This document shows positions 13,046-27,059 of a stretch of DNA of 64,000 bases, piece after piece (position 1 is the first letter of the stretch; each line of letters starts with the position of its first letter). Source of the DNA: Eledone cirrhosa. Taxonomy: Eukaryota. The notes beneath the pieces are model-generated. The model saw only the letters and a program-made list of their open reading frames with translations. It was not told where the DNA came from and ran no database searches. The stretch lies in NCBI GenBank assembly GCA_964016885.1, contig OZ024758.1, positions 20,770,001-20,834,000 of the forward strand. Direction: 5' to 3'. The translations under genes were made by a program, and so were the position numbers.

Positions 13046-13523
13046 TTCATTGATTATTCAATGAATATAGTTTTACAATAGATTAAAAGCACTCAACAAT
13101 TAAGTTTCCTGGAGTTAATATTATTGAAAATATTAATAAATGGATACATTCATACAATCAAAATATATGTTTTATTATATATATTTAGGAGGTACTGTGC
13201 TGTTTATTTCCGTACGTCCTCATCAGATAAAATACATAAATTGATATATGACACACCGCTACGGTCTTGATTATTCAATCCCAGTATTGGCGGTCTGGAA
13301 TTGAATAATCAAGACCGTATATGATATATCAAATCATATATTTTGTCTGATGAGGACGTACTGAAAAAAAACAACACAGTAACTATTAAATATATATAAA
13401 AAGTATATATTTTGATTATGAGAATATTTTTCATTGGTTAATATTTTGAATGATATTAAAAACTCTTGTGTGTTGAGTGCTTGTAATCTATTGTAAAATT
13501 GGATGCATTGAGTAATCAACGAA
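13046..13523. mobile_element. Older ~480-bp fold-back element with CTGATGA...GAAA core in each arm (family E)
   Basis: Diverged arms centred ~13290; CTGATGAggacgtac(t/g)GAAA at 13347-13366 (+) and 13207-13226 (-); related fragment at ~60865-60910. Confidence 0.6.
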
Positions 13524-13547
13524 CCATACTGATCTTTGGTTATATGT

Positions 13548-13595
<48 letters not shown>

Positions 13596-13707
13596 CTATA
13601 GGGCGGTGCCCCAGCATGGCCTCAGCCGGATGGCTGAAACAGGTAAAAGAGTAATATATATGCGTGTGTGTGCGTGTGTGTGTATGTATATATATATTTA
13701 TATGTAT

Positions 13708-13868
<161 letters not shown>

Positions 13869-13989
13869 AATGAATAATAACAGGTAGACATCATAAAAAG
13901 GTAGTTTATTCCGTGTGCTTACAAGTGTTTCCACGGTGGTGCTGCAGCCTAGTTCCGCTACGTGCAAATTCACAAGTATTTGCAGAACT

Positions 13990-14408
13990 GCCATCTACCT
14001 GAAAGATGTCCATTGCAGAATGAATGCCTAAAGTCCAACATTGTTTACCAATGCACGGTTGAATCGGACGACCAGAAATGGTATTATATCGGATCTACCA
14101 CCACATCGTTTAAATCTCGCTGGTACCGTCATCGATTCTCAATCAAACATCAGAATCACCGTTTTGTGACCACGCTCGCCAACAAGACCTGGCAACTCCG
14201 TGAACACAACCAACAGTTCACCTTAAAATGGGATATACTTTCCACCGCAAATGCATATCGAAGTGGTTTGAAGTACTGCAGGTTATGTAACCTTGAGCTA
14301 TTTTACATACTAAAATCCCAAAACAAACTACTTAACGATAGAATTGAACGATCATTATACTGCAACCACAAACTAAAAGCTAAATTATCTCACTATAAAA
14401 TAACTTGA
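13990..14408 (+). pseudogene. C-terminal GIY-YIG endonuclease domain of a Penelope-like ORF (frame intact, 5' part lost)
   Basis: CPLQNECLKSNIVYQCTV...YYIGST..FKSRWYRH...LKWDIL...CRLCNLE...LLNDRIE...CNH: IVY/YIG hairpin, catalytic R, E and N positions and Cys flanks typical of PLE endonucleases. Clade not determined. Confidence 0.9.
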
Positions 14409-14897
14409 CATTCGAACCCGTAACTACAACACCACTTTCTAGCTAACAACCTTCTCTTCCCCCCACACTACAAGCCAATACACTGCTTATCACTATACAT
14501 GGTAACTCAGTACAACTCCTAGAATACTACTACAAAACCAAAAGTTCACTCACCACACATATTTATCTGTCCCCTCTCTACCTATATATCTCTCTCTACA
14601 TCCATTACACTCTCTCTCTCACCTTTGACCTACCTCCCTCTCAACATTTATGAACCTGCCCTCTGGGGCAATAAATAATTCCGACCTCAACTATCTACGC
14701 ATCTCTCCAAAAGTAACTAATAAAACCCCTACCATAACATTTTGATTAAGATATCTACAAACCACTCTCTCCTACTCCTCCAACCCCTGCATATCTTTCC
14801 TTCTCTCTCCTTCTTCCCTACTTTTCTCTCTTCCTGTTCCACTCTATCTTCCCCAACAACCCCACTTAAGGGTTTTTACATTGTATATTTACCATTC

Positions 14898-15009
14898 TGC
14901 TCTGAGGAAACAGTGGTCATAGCATTGGATATTCGAGTTCTGCACATACTTGTGAATTTGCACGTAGCGGAACTAGGCTGCAGCACCACCGTGGAAACAC
15001 TTGTAAGCA
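14898..15009 (+). ncRNA. Type I hammerhead ribozyme in the PLE pLTR (long stem II)
   Basis: TGCT-CTGAGGA-(aacagtggt...accaccgtg)-GAAAC-actt-GTA-AGCA; stem I TGCT/AGCA; predicted cut after 15005. Confidence 0.8.
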
Positions 15010-15201
15010 CACGGAATAAACTACCTTTTTATGATGTCTACCTGTTATTATTCATTCTTTATATACACTCCGGAATACTGAAGGATCAGGAACTAAGTTT
15101 CTTGAACAATTCTTCCATAACTCGTAGAGTAACCTCTTACCGTACGTCAACCATATCCAGTGTAGTAATTAACCATCACTACATCTTGGATAATCCTATA
15201 C

Positions 15202-15258
<57 letters not shown>

Positions 15259-15310
15259 GATTCTTTCTCACGTCGTGTAGACGCGTTCTTGAGACTAGTA
15301 AAATGAGGTA

Positions 15311-15398
15311 TCCTCTTGATAAGTCGGCAGACCTCGCAGGGACTCTATATATTTGATATATTGTTTTTGTTTATGCCACGAAACTACGTAGTCGAGGA
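15311..15398 (+). ncRNA. Decayed hammerhead ribozyme in a short insert between (TA)n tracts
   Basis: TCCTC-TTGATAA-gtcggca...tgccac-GAAAC-tacgta-GTC-GAGGA; all three stems present, two transitions in the CUGAUGA core; palindromic loop III. Confidence 0.6.
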
Positions 15399-15467
15399 AT
15401 TTAGGAGCAGTTTAGGTATGATACATTTTATTACTAATTATATCTAAATGTTTCTTCTCTCTTCATA

Positions 15468-15518
<51 letters not shown>

Positions 15519-15634
15519 GGTTTGAAGGTTCACCACTGGATAGAGCTGGTCAATTCCGTATGGTCAATCTTAATGGAGAGTACTCAACGTAGTTGGTGGT
15601 GCTAGTACAGAGTTAAATATGTTATTATAATTAT

Positions 15635-15708
<74 letters not shown>

Positions 15709-16177
15709 TCTATATGTTTGTATGTGTGTGTATTGTGTGCATGTGACGATACACCTATAGTAGTTGCATTTGTGTATATGTGTAAATGTAGATATCTGAA
15801 GTGTAATTTAAGCTACAGATTTGCATATCCTTGCCTAACACGCTAGAATGATTGTTTCTAATCGATATAGATACATTTAGATTAAGGTGTATCACTGTCG
15901 TGCAGCTCTTAAAGCTTTCCTTCTCTATTTAAATATATTAAACCTCTAACTAGATTTAATGTAGTAACTACTAACGCAGTCCCATTTCAATTTTGGTAAA
16001 CAGAGATCTATCCACCATTTTTCCACCTCCATAACTCTGAGAAAAATAATTACTTTTAATATATAATCCTATCCTTTATCAACTTTCACTTCCTTCTCTC
16101 AACGTTTTTTTACCAAAACGTCCTAAATAATCTGTAGTTTTATTTTGTACTAGTTGGGAGATGGTTAATATATTGAA

Positions 16178-16385
16178 GGCGTGTGGCTGAGTGGTTAGAG
16201 AATTGGATTCGCAATCGTAAGGTTGTGAGTTCGATTCCCGAACCGGGCGATGCGTTATGTCCTTCAGCAAGACACTTTATTTCCCGTTGCTCCTTCTACC
16301 TGGAGTTGCGATCGATAGATAATATTTGCAACTGGAAAGACGAATGGAAAGATTGTTTCCTCGGTCCGAGTTGACGAAAGTCGAT
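16178..16385 (+). mobile_element. SINE family 2
   Basis: Colinear with 4238-4445; intact A box TGGCTGAGTGG and B box GTTCGATTCC. Confidence 0.86.
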
Positions 16386-17217
16386 GGTTCCTTTAACGTA
16401 TTGGTCTTTGTATTCAGATCACCTTCTTTGGTTGTGAGTAAAGAGCCTTATTTTCATCTAGCTTGCGGTGGTTTCTGGCCTTACTTACATAAACAGTCTT
16501 ATAAGTCAGATGTTGTATCTTGTGTCAGAATGTTGTACTACATTCAACTTACACACGAGTACCACACGCCTGTGCCTATCTCTGTAGCTCCAGTGAAACG
16601 TGTTAGTTTTAAAAGAAGCAATTGATTCAGTTGCTATAGACTTATGATTTCCAACGATTTGTTAGTAACAAACATCGATTATTAAAATCGAATAAGCAAA
16701 CAGGAAATCAAAGCTATATATTTTTAATAGTTTCAATCATTCCGATTCTTTTGACTCATTTGCATTTATTTTATGGCAGTAAGTAATAAAACATAGGTAT
16801 ATATAAAGAAATCTGGAATACAAACTACTCTTTAGATCAAAGCGATATCGATCGGTAGTTTCGTATGTTAATTTATGCCACACCGAATATGTAATTTGCT
16901 TATGTCTTCAACAAACATCGGAATTCGAATATGTTATAGTTTATCAATACCAAAAGACGAAGTATGTAAATTACGCCAAACAGTAAAATACATACAGACG
17001 TCTCTTATTGGGATATTTATTATATTTACTTTGATTCTTTTATTTATATTATGGACTTATCTTACCTTGAACAAATCTGCTACCTCAATACAACGTCGGT
17101 TAGTCTCAGGGAATATAACATAATTCAAACTGTCATAGTGTTTTTTTTGTTAATATATTAGACAAACAGGTATTTTGCGTAAAGATTGTAATAACAATTG
17201 ATCATAAAAACAATTAC

Positions 17218-17249
<32 letters not shown>

Positions 17250-17257
<8 letters not shown>

Positions 17258-17469
17258 TAAAATAACAGATTAAAGTTTAAGCAAAGAATCGCTGCTTTCA
17301 CCCTTAACGGGATCTTCAGAAGATCCCGTTAAGGGTGAAAGCAGCGATTATTTGCTTAAACTTTAATCTGTTATTTTAATAAATATTTGCTCCACGGTTC
17401 TTATATATTTGATATATATTTATCCTTATCGAGCCCTCTTTAGATTTTAGTCTTCAATTTTATTATTAT

Positions 17470-17472
<3 letters not shown>
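17250..17472 (+). mobile_element. Fold-back element family B (hammerhead variant) in (TA)n
   Basis: Near-perfect ~68-bp-arm palindrome centred on 17318; GAAGA-tcccgttaagggt-GAAA core; ~85-bp tail. Confidence 0.78.
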
Positions 17473-17520
<48 letters not shown>

Positions 17521-17527
<7 letters not shown>

Positions 17528-17649
17528 CGCAATCGTGAGGTTGTGAGTTCAGTTCCTGGACCGGGCGATGCGTCATGTCCTTGAGCAAGACACTTTATTT
17601 CACGTTACTCCTTCTACCTGGAGTTGCGACCGATAGATAGTATTAGCAA
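17521..17649 (+). mobile_element. SINE family 2, truncated at (TA)n
   Basis: Matches the internal part of 16178-16385. Confidence 0.83.
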
Positions 17650-18479
17650 GAACAATATATATTTATATATATTTATGTATATATGTATGTGTGTGTGATA
17701 ATACATATATCTGTGTGTGTATATATTAAATAGTGCCCATGAAGTGTTTCAATAATTACATCCTTCAAAAAATACTTACTCGTGACATACGATTATAACA
17801 TGTGAATATTTCTCCTAATAATATATTTCTTCATATCGTATAATATCAATACCACTCTAATATAGCATTTTAAACAAAACGGTTTGTATATAAACTATAA
17901 GAAAATGCATGTATCTTTTTGAAAACAAGAATTTTCCATTAGAGAAATAAAAGCCTAAGAATGTTTTAAGAAATAAAAGTGTTTATGTAATCTAATAAAG
18001 TAAAATAATCTATAATCTAATTGGATATCATAATAAAAAGCCATTAATATAAACAGTTTCAAGATAATGCATTCATAATACGAAGGATAAAAATACATCA
18101 TCATTGCAAATTTAATCAGTGATGCTTTTCACAGCTCCGCAGAACAACTAAAATTATTATTCCATTCATATATTCATACACAAGATAACGAAAAAAATTA
18201 ATCTACTATCTTGTGATGATTCGCCGTTTGAAATACGTATGGGTGGTTTAATACATGACAAATAAGTAGCGAATGTTTCAGAATTATACATAAACTGTGG
18301 AATTACGTTCACAAATAAAAAATATTAAAACACTTAATACATAATTTGGTAATAAACTATGTCTGCGAAATCTCAAACCATTCTCTATTACGTTGAAGGT
18401 ATCTAATTCCTTCTAACCTAAAATTAGCTATGAATTACCTAGGTACTTATGCACACACTCAGAAAGACTCATAGATACA

Positions 18480-18830
<351 letters not shown>

Positions 18831-19982
18831 AAACGTGCATCTCTGCGGCTCTTTTGCTATATTTACTTGTTAATAATCTATTAATAAATGCAGATTATTT
18901 AACACAAAGGAAATATTTAAATACAAAATTATGTAAAAGTAGTTGTCTAATCATTGTTATTTACGAACCAGTTACGACATTAGAATATCACCATTTGAAA
19001 TATGAAAGAGTGACATACATCTCTGTGCTTTCCTCTTTCTATCCTTTTACAGAAAATTCTGTTGTGGAGATATGAATCAGAGAGAGATGAGAATATATGT
19101 ATCTGATAAAGAGCTGTATTTGCATAGGAATACGATCAATAATCTAACGTGGATTATAATGGTCTACAAAAACTATGTACTAGAGATTATGTTGGATGCA
19201 GGAGAAATTTTATTTTAAACTGATTTGAAAACGTAATGTTGATACGGATATGTTCACGCAATATCTGCTGTCTGACAAGAACAATTTTGATGAGGATTTC
19301 AAAGATTTGTTTATAACATTTGAATACTTTTTTTCAGATGTTCAGACGCACATAATGTTAGTTACACTTAATTATATGTGAACTATATTTTATGTACCAG
19401 ATTTATTGTATTTATTCAATCATGCTATTGCAATTTATAATTGAGAAGATATAATACTTTCAGACAATTTCGGGTTATACAATGTTCGAATGTCCCCTAT
19501 TGCTGAACGTTTAGCATTCCCATGTATCATACTTTCTGAATCAAATTAAGCAAATATTCTACTAACATTTCGGACACAATCGTCTCCAGATTCAACTCAA
19601 ATTGTTTTTGATACACAGTCTCACATTCTGGAAGATTTAAAGCCTTATATGCCCACGATGGGCACTCTTAATTTCTGTTTCTCCGCTTACTAAACATTCT
19701 TTGTTTTTGTCGTCTCTCCCAATTGGTATTGGTCTGTTTTTCTCTTCCGACCTTTGTTTTTGCTTTTTCTGATTCAATCTCCCTTGATATTCCACTCCTC
19801 ATCAATCCCCGACTTCCTGAAAGATTGCTCAAACAGCAGATCAATTCAGTGTGGTCACAACTCCTCCATCACATACACAAGGTTGTGTTGGAGAAAACGT
19901 TCTCACAATTTTTCAAATTATTATTGAATTTGACTTTTATTTTTTATCATTAATAAAATTTACGAATAAAAATAATGGCTAT

Positions 19983-20275
19983 TATGGCAGTATCGGTAGC
20001 GGGTCGGACGCCATGCTTTACAGCATAGTTACGTCCCTTTACGATCTGAGTTCAAATCCCACCGAGGTTGACTTTGCCTTTCATCCTTACGAGATCGATA
20101 AAATAAAGTACCAGTAATACACTGGGTAATTGCTGGCCTTGTGCCTAAATTAGAAACAATTATTTGCAATTACAGGATAACTTTGCCTTTCATATTTACG
20201 GGGTCGATAAAAGAAAGTACCAGTAATGTACTCACAAAAAATGTTTGCCTTCTGCCTAAAGTAGAAGAATTATTT
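19983..20275 (+). mobile_element. SINE family 1 plus a tandem partial copy
   Basis: 19983-20164 full; 20177-20275 3' half. Confidence 0.84.
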
Positions 20276-21579
20276 GCGATTAACGACTTCCAACGTTTAG
20301 GAAAGCAGATGATATTGTAGCAGTGAATAAAATGTATTTTCCTTCTGCGGAGGAATGGTGTTACGGAGGTAAGTTGGCTGAAGTGTGAGCCAATCAAAAC
20401 CTTCGGCGCATTAATTCGACTGTCCAGAACTACGTCACCAGGTGAGCGGAGGTGACCAAGAGAGTCATTAGTCTACACGCACCTCTCTTATCGACAAGAC
20501 CAGGCTACACTCATGGCTGCTAACAACATCTCCATCTTGCAATGAAGCGGACCAAGCTACATCCTACACATGTAGATACGACCTGTACCTAATGTATCCG
20601 TTCAACATGTACGACTAATAAATAGAGTTACAACATCGATAATGGATTTAGTCAATGTTCTAAATGCCTTCTGATCTCTATTATGTATATTAAGAATTGA
20701 CCCTAAACCCGTTATAATATAACCTTTTCAGAATTCTTCTGGCTACAATGCCAAGTATTCCGTCAGCCACAAATATAACTGGTCTTCATGGACGTGTGTA
20801 ATAGCCTGCGGGTGGTTGCTTAGCATCCCACCTAAGCTCCATCAGCTCTCATGAGTCATCCCTGATATATTAGGCCGATGGTTCCCACAATATAATCGAA
20901 CAGGACCATCGTGTGAGCACATCTCTGCGATGTTCTTGCTATTCTGTCAAGATGTTGGCAATAGACGTGAGAGGCAACGCTGGAGTTATGTGGGAGCTAT
21001 CGTAGTGGATGACACCTTCTCAGTCATACCAGATGGTCAGTAAGGCCTGGCAAAAGAGGAGGCCAGTTTTTGGTTGCCGTTGTAGTGCACTCACTTAAGC
21101 ACTAACGAAGCCTTGCGGTCGATACTAATATAGGAACACCATTTCCATCACAATGGTGACAATAGAACGTACCCTGGTGGTCACAGCGACAATAGAACGT
21201 ACCGAAAGGTCACAGCGTTCAGACAGGGTGTTTCACAATGGTATTGTTAATGCGACGTTTCATGGCAGGGGCGCTTAGGATCGATTTGAAGTCATAAAGT
21301 AAACAACCATGAACACACTATTTGAATAGATGCATGTTGGTCACCTCTTAACGGTGTAAGAGAAACTGAGAAATGCACAAGATGCATACTTTCGTCATTT
21401 CTTATATATGTGCGCATGTGTAACCTTTAACATCTCGAGAAATCTCTACCAAAATACCTCCTTTAAGAAGTGTGTGTACATGCGTATGTATATATGTATA
21501 TCTATGTAGAAATCTATCTATAACTATTTATATATCACTTTATTCCTACCCACATATTTTTGTTACTTTTAAATCATTT

Positions 21580-21905
21580 CATACTTTATATATATATATA
21601 TATATACTATTGTGTGATTGTGTGTGTATGCATTTCTTTGTGTATTTGTATGTGTGGTTGTATATGTTTTTGTGGTATGTGTGTGTTACGAGTGTGTGTG
21701 TCTACGTGTGTGTTTACGAGTGCGTGTTTGTATGGGTTTGTGTGTGTTTGTATATGCGTATGTACGAGAGTGTGCCAGTGTGTATTTGTATGTGTGTTTG
21801 TATATGTGTATGCACGTGGGAGTGTGTACGTGTGTGTATTTGTATACGTATGTGTGTGTACGTGTGTGTGTTTCTCTGTTTGTGTGCAATTGTATGTGTA
21901 TCTGT
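21580..21905. repeat. Degenerate (TG)/(TA) low-complexity tract
   Basis: Direct inspection. Confidence 0.85.
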
Positions 21906-24341
21906 TTTTTGCCCATAGTGTATTTTAATAGTGTGTTTTCAAATTCCAGAAGTTGATTGTTCTCTGCTTTCACGGAATGTATATCACAGCACAACAAAGA
22001 GAAAAAAGCAAATTATTCCAAGGATTGTTATATTATGTCTGTTGATCCTCAGTTTTAATACGTAGAATCAACTTCAGGCTAAATCTGATTTCAATATTTT
22101 CTTCATTCAATCAGATTATTTGTAATGATACGATGTCTAAATATTATCATCTTACAATTGATAATTATATAGCTACTTTATTTCGCTATTCTATTGGGAT
22201 TGATACCTGATTTTTACATGAAATGATATTCGGCATTTTTATTAGGGGAAACGAAATAATAACCGTGTGTAAACAATTTAATCATTTGAGTTTGTAATTA
22301 TTTGTAGAAGACATTCAAAATACGCGCAAGGACTTTGCTCAGAGCAAAATATTTTGATGAAACGTGATCTGCGAATGTAAGAAGAAAACGTGATTTCATG
22401 ATATTTACAACAATCTGCAAGGGAAATAACCTCGAAAATGGTAGGACATGCAGATCATTAAATCTTCACGCTACTCTTCCTTGTATACAATCTATGTGTG
22501 CAGAAACGTTAATGAGTGTCATCAATAAAATCAGAATATAATTGTTTAGTATCCGATTTCAATTCAAATGTTAAAATAATCAGATTGACATACTTTAGAT
22601 ATATTCTTCAAATTCGGATCGATTCAAATGGATATTTGCCAAAAGGGGATCTGGCAATCATGCGATGTTTGTTAACAAGGTAATGGTAAAATGAACGATT
22701 CGATTCGATTGAACTGTCTCCCAAATCATGCTCTTAATACCTTAACTAAAAACAAATTACCATTTATTTTACTTGAATGCAAGTAGACGAAAGCAAATAC
22801 ACGTTGAGGTGAATGTGTCAAGATGTTTTCCACAAATAATTCACTATTTGTATTAGGGTATATCAATTAGAATAATACACATATCCTACATCCAGTCTCC
22901 ATTTTAATTAAAAACCATCAATACCACGAACAATGTTGTTACCCAGTGAATAAAATATCTACATCCGCTCCCACTTTCAGGACATGAGATAATGCCTGGG
23001 AGAACAAATGGTCCCTCACATCATTCGACGATGGTGTACTCTATCCAAGACCACACGGACCCTATGCACCATTCGTAAATTCTTACGGTGCTGCATTCGT
23101 AACCTTTCAACATTTCTAATGATTTTAGTCTTCTCGCACTTACAAACCCTCTCTTTTAAGCCCACACATTTTTATTATCCTAGGCAAATTCTACTTGCGG
23201 AAGAGCATTAAATGCATATTGAGACACTTTTTTAATAAGCGTATTCCATTCTTTGAGAAAAAACCGTCCATTATTGTCTTGTGCCAATTAGGTTTCTACC
23301 ATTTCCCAATGTCTTCTAACATTCTCTAACAATCTTGTTTATACCACCCTAGATTTCTATCATAGATTCTTCAATGGTGTCAGTCTATCTCTTTAGTTTG
23401 TTTCTTTTCTCCGTTCCACTTGTTCTTTTCTTCTAACAGTTGTCTTTCATTCTGGCTAAATATGTTGCCTACATCAACTTTGTGTTTTCTATTACATAAA
23501 GCCTATCTCTAACACTCTACTTTTTTCATGCCATTTTACAGGTAATCCTATTTTGCAACATGATTTTCCCCATGTGAACGGGTAGGTGTCAAAAGGAAAT
23601 TGTCCACATCTTCAATCTATAATCAATAAATATATAAAGCAAAAAGAATATCACAACACCTTAATCAGAGAAGACATAGTATATGTAACGTCCTTTGAAC
23701 CCATATAACGTAAATTAATAGTATATGCCCTCATCGCAAAAAGATATTGCGATGATAGTTTCCAAACGATCTACCAATCAGCAAAATATGAGATACACCT
23801 GCCGGGAATCTGTTTAGAAACGGTGTTCATACAGGGAGAATTCAGGCTGGAAAACCCCATTAGACTCAGGATCTTTCCCACCGTATTGGATGAAATACGA
23901 AAGAAAATATAGCATGCAATTTAATATAATGCTATATGGAGAGGAATTAACCAACCTAACGTGTGCAAATCAGAGAGAAAATTTACCAAATACCGTTTGA
24001 GGATTATACAGTTATAAGTACCACAGAATAAGGTAAGTTAAAATTGAGATCAAAGGTAATTTACATACTGAAATACACAAGAGATAACAACAAGTTACAT
24101 TAATAGAGAGTGTAGTTAATTATAAATTTCATACGGAATGTTGCAAATATTAGTGGGATGGAATTTTTTCCTAGATGAAACAGTCTTTTGATAGAATATT
24201 GTCTCTATCATTGGATACAGATCATTCCAAAAGTAATTCTGACAGCGATTGTTTAGACGAGTGATATAAGAAAGGTAACCAAGAAGAAGACGAAATAAGA
24301 ATACTGAAATATACCATGGACTTGAAACCGATAACTATTAA

Positions 24342-24549
24342 CGCTTTAGTATTTAAGCCGGTCGTATTCGGCCAGAATTGTCTCACTTCTTTCTGTTGAA
24401 ACCGGTGGTAACTGGCCACTCATACTAATGTTAAGATATTGTTCGCAAAATAAATAATATTGAAATCTTATAGAATCGATATTATGTGAAGTAAAGTGTT
24501 TATTGTGAAAATATAACATTTTATATAGAGAAATATAAATGCTAAAGGG
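24342..24549. mobile_element. piggyBac-like MITE (~210 bp)
   Basis: TTAA-CGCTTTAGTATTTA ... TAAATGCTAAAGGG-TTAA; second copy at 49679. Confidence 0.78.
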
Positions 24550-25102
24550 TTAAGTGCATGACAAACTCTATATGATAAAAAAAAAACAGTAATGACTTTC
24601 TTAACAATGATTATATTTTTTTCGAATTGGCAATGGATATAATCAGTTCTGAAGGAAAGTATGCATTACTGAAAATCTGTTTGTTTATCATACAGGGGAG
24701 GAATAAAACCAATTACGTTTCATATTAGAATGAAGCGGGCAGTCACAGGAACTAGACCACATCTTATTCTATCCTTTCCATCACAGATACTAAAGCTAAA
24801 CGATGTGAATATTTTTCAACCGAGTGATCAAACGAATGCCATTGATGTAGCTCGGTAGGATATTACAGTCACTCTGGTGGGCTCAATCAATTTCATGCTG
24901 GAAAAACGTAGCTTATCAATTTTCCCAGAAATAATTCATATTGTATTGCTGAAATACAACATATATCGTATCATATCTAGCTAGAATAATCCTAGATAGA
25001 TATTCGGTTTATATATTTGATCTTATTACTGAATCTCGCTGTGTGGGTTGATAAAAAGAATAATTATAATCCAATATAAAGATGTATTTTATTTAATTTT
25101 GA

Positions 25103-25640
25103 CTAATACATTTAGACTCCTGTAATATATCATTGTTTCTACTTTTGGAACAAGAACAGAAATTACCCCAGTACATTAGTGGTGCTTTATTTTATCGACC
25201 CAATAAGGATGGAATGCAGAATCAACCTCAGTGAGATTTTAACTCTGAACGAAAATGGGCATAACAATAAACCTAATACATATAGATTCCTGTGACCTAC
25301 GATTATTTTTACTTTTGGCACAAGGCCAGCAATTACCCCAGTGCATTACTGGTACTTTATTTCATCGACCCCGTAACGATGAAAGGAAAAGTTAACCTCG
25401 GTGCGATTTCAAATCAGCACGTAATGGGCCATACCACTATGCTTAATACATTTATATTCCTTTAACATATCATTGTTTCTACATCTGCACAAGGCCAGAC
25501 GTTACCCCAGTACATAACTGGTGCTTTATTTTAACGACCCCCATAAGGATGGAAGGCAAAGTAAACCTCGGCGGGATGTTAACTCAGAACGTAAAAGGGA
25601 AAAAGTATATGTCTAATACATTTAGATTCCTGTAACATAT
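25103..25640 (-). repeat. Tandem array, 170-bp period (3 units plus), each unit a truncated SINE family 1 plus a constant spacer
   Basis: Spacer ctaatacatttagattcctgtaacatat recurs at 25103, 25273, 25443 and 25613. Confidence 0.85.
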
Positions 25641-26484
25641 AATAGTAGTTTATGAGTTCCTATGCCTAGTTGAATTGCATTTTAAGAGAGACGCGGTTTC
25701 AAATGAGAATATCTAAACAGACATAAGATATTGTTTTACTAAGCGCCATCTAATGGTTTTAATCTATGATTAAAAACACTCGAAAGTTTCGAGTTTAAAT
25801 AATCAAACTTCTAACTTACACTTTTGTGTGATTAATGTATATTAGTTTCGTTAACAATTGTTAGTTGTTTTCGGCTTCATGTATTGTCATTTCTATTCAG
25901 TTTAGATTCCATTCCAATTCTTCTTGTTTTCTTTAATTTCAGTTTGAATTGACATTTGTTCGTGTCAACGCGTATAGTGATCGATGATTTTGAAGCCGAG
26001 CGTAGAAACGAAGATGATGAACACGTCTATTGTTACATTGAAACACTTTCAATAGAATAGAGAAATGTTATTTAGAAGAGAAGATAAATATCATTCCGAA
26101 CTGCATTTAATAACAAGTATTCTTACAAGAAATATCACACTGTTATTTTTCCCCTCTCCGTATATCCCAAACGTTTCTACATATTCTAATTTGTGGAAAC
26201 TGCCTAATCTTAGCTGTCACATGATGACATATACAGTATGATATACGACTCGCACAATTCTTAATTTTAACAGCAGCATAGTGAATGTTGAATATAATAG
26301 CAACGAGAATTCAATAAAAGTGAAAGATAGCAATATGACAAATATAGAAGGTAGGAAATTACACAAATATAAAACATATGTAAACATATAAATATTCATT
26401 AAAACGCACATATACCTAGACCGCTACCATGCGAAACACTCTTTCATACACGACTTTATGCAATGATATAACATATCTTATAGC

Positions 26485-26890
<406 letters not shown>

Positions 26891-27059
26891 GTGCTATTCT
26901 GCTCTTTTATAATATTGCAACTAGGAGTGTCCGACGTTGTGTAATGTAAGAAATATGCAGGGAAACAATTTTATAATATCCAGATATTTTAAGAATTCAC
27001 TAAATAATGGCTTATCTGGAATATAATGTGTAGTAAGTGCAATGTTTCTCACCAAGTAA

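Noticed and set aside
14742-15356. 204-aa ORF downstream of the GIY-YIG frame
   Set aside because: Spans the non-coding pLTR, ribozyme and (TA)n; non-ATG start; no motifs.
16178-16250. tRNA-like sequence (also 4238-4310)
   Set aside because: It is the head of SINE family 2; the acceptor stem is not intact and it continues into SINE body.
20730-21130. Possible Tc1-like transposase remnant (AGVM-WGAI-like and P.E..WD-like pieces)
   Set aside because: Motifs fall on opposite strands and need frameshifts; no TIRs found; needs a TBLASTN/HMM search.
22950-23470. Possible old CR1/L2 LINE 3' fragment on the minus strand
   Set aside because: Only compositional hints; no unambiguous RT motif.
25103-25640. 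Regularly spaced 28-bp repeats resembling a CRISPR array
   Set aside because: The intervening sequences are homologous SINE pieces, the period is 170 bp, the context is eukaryotic and there are no cas genes.
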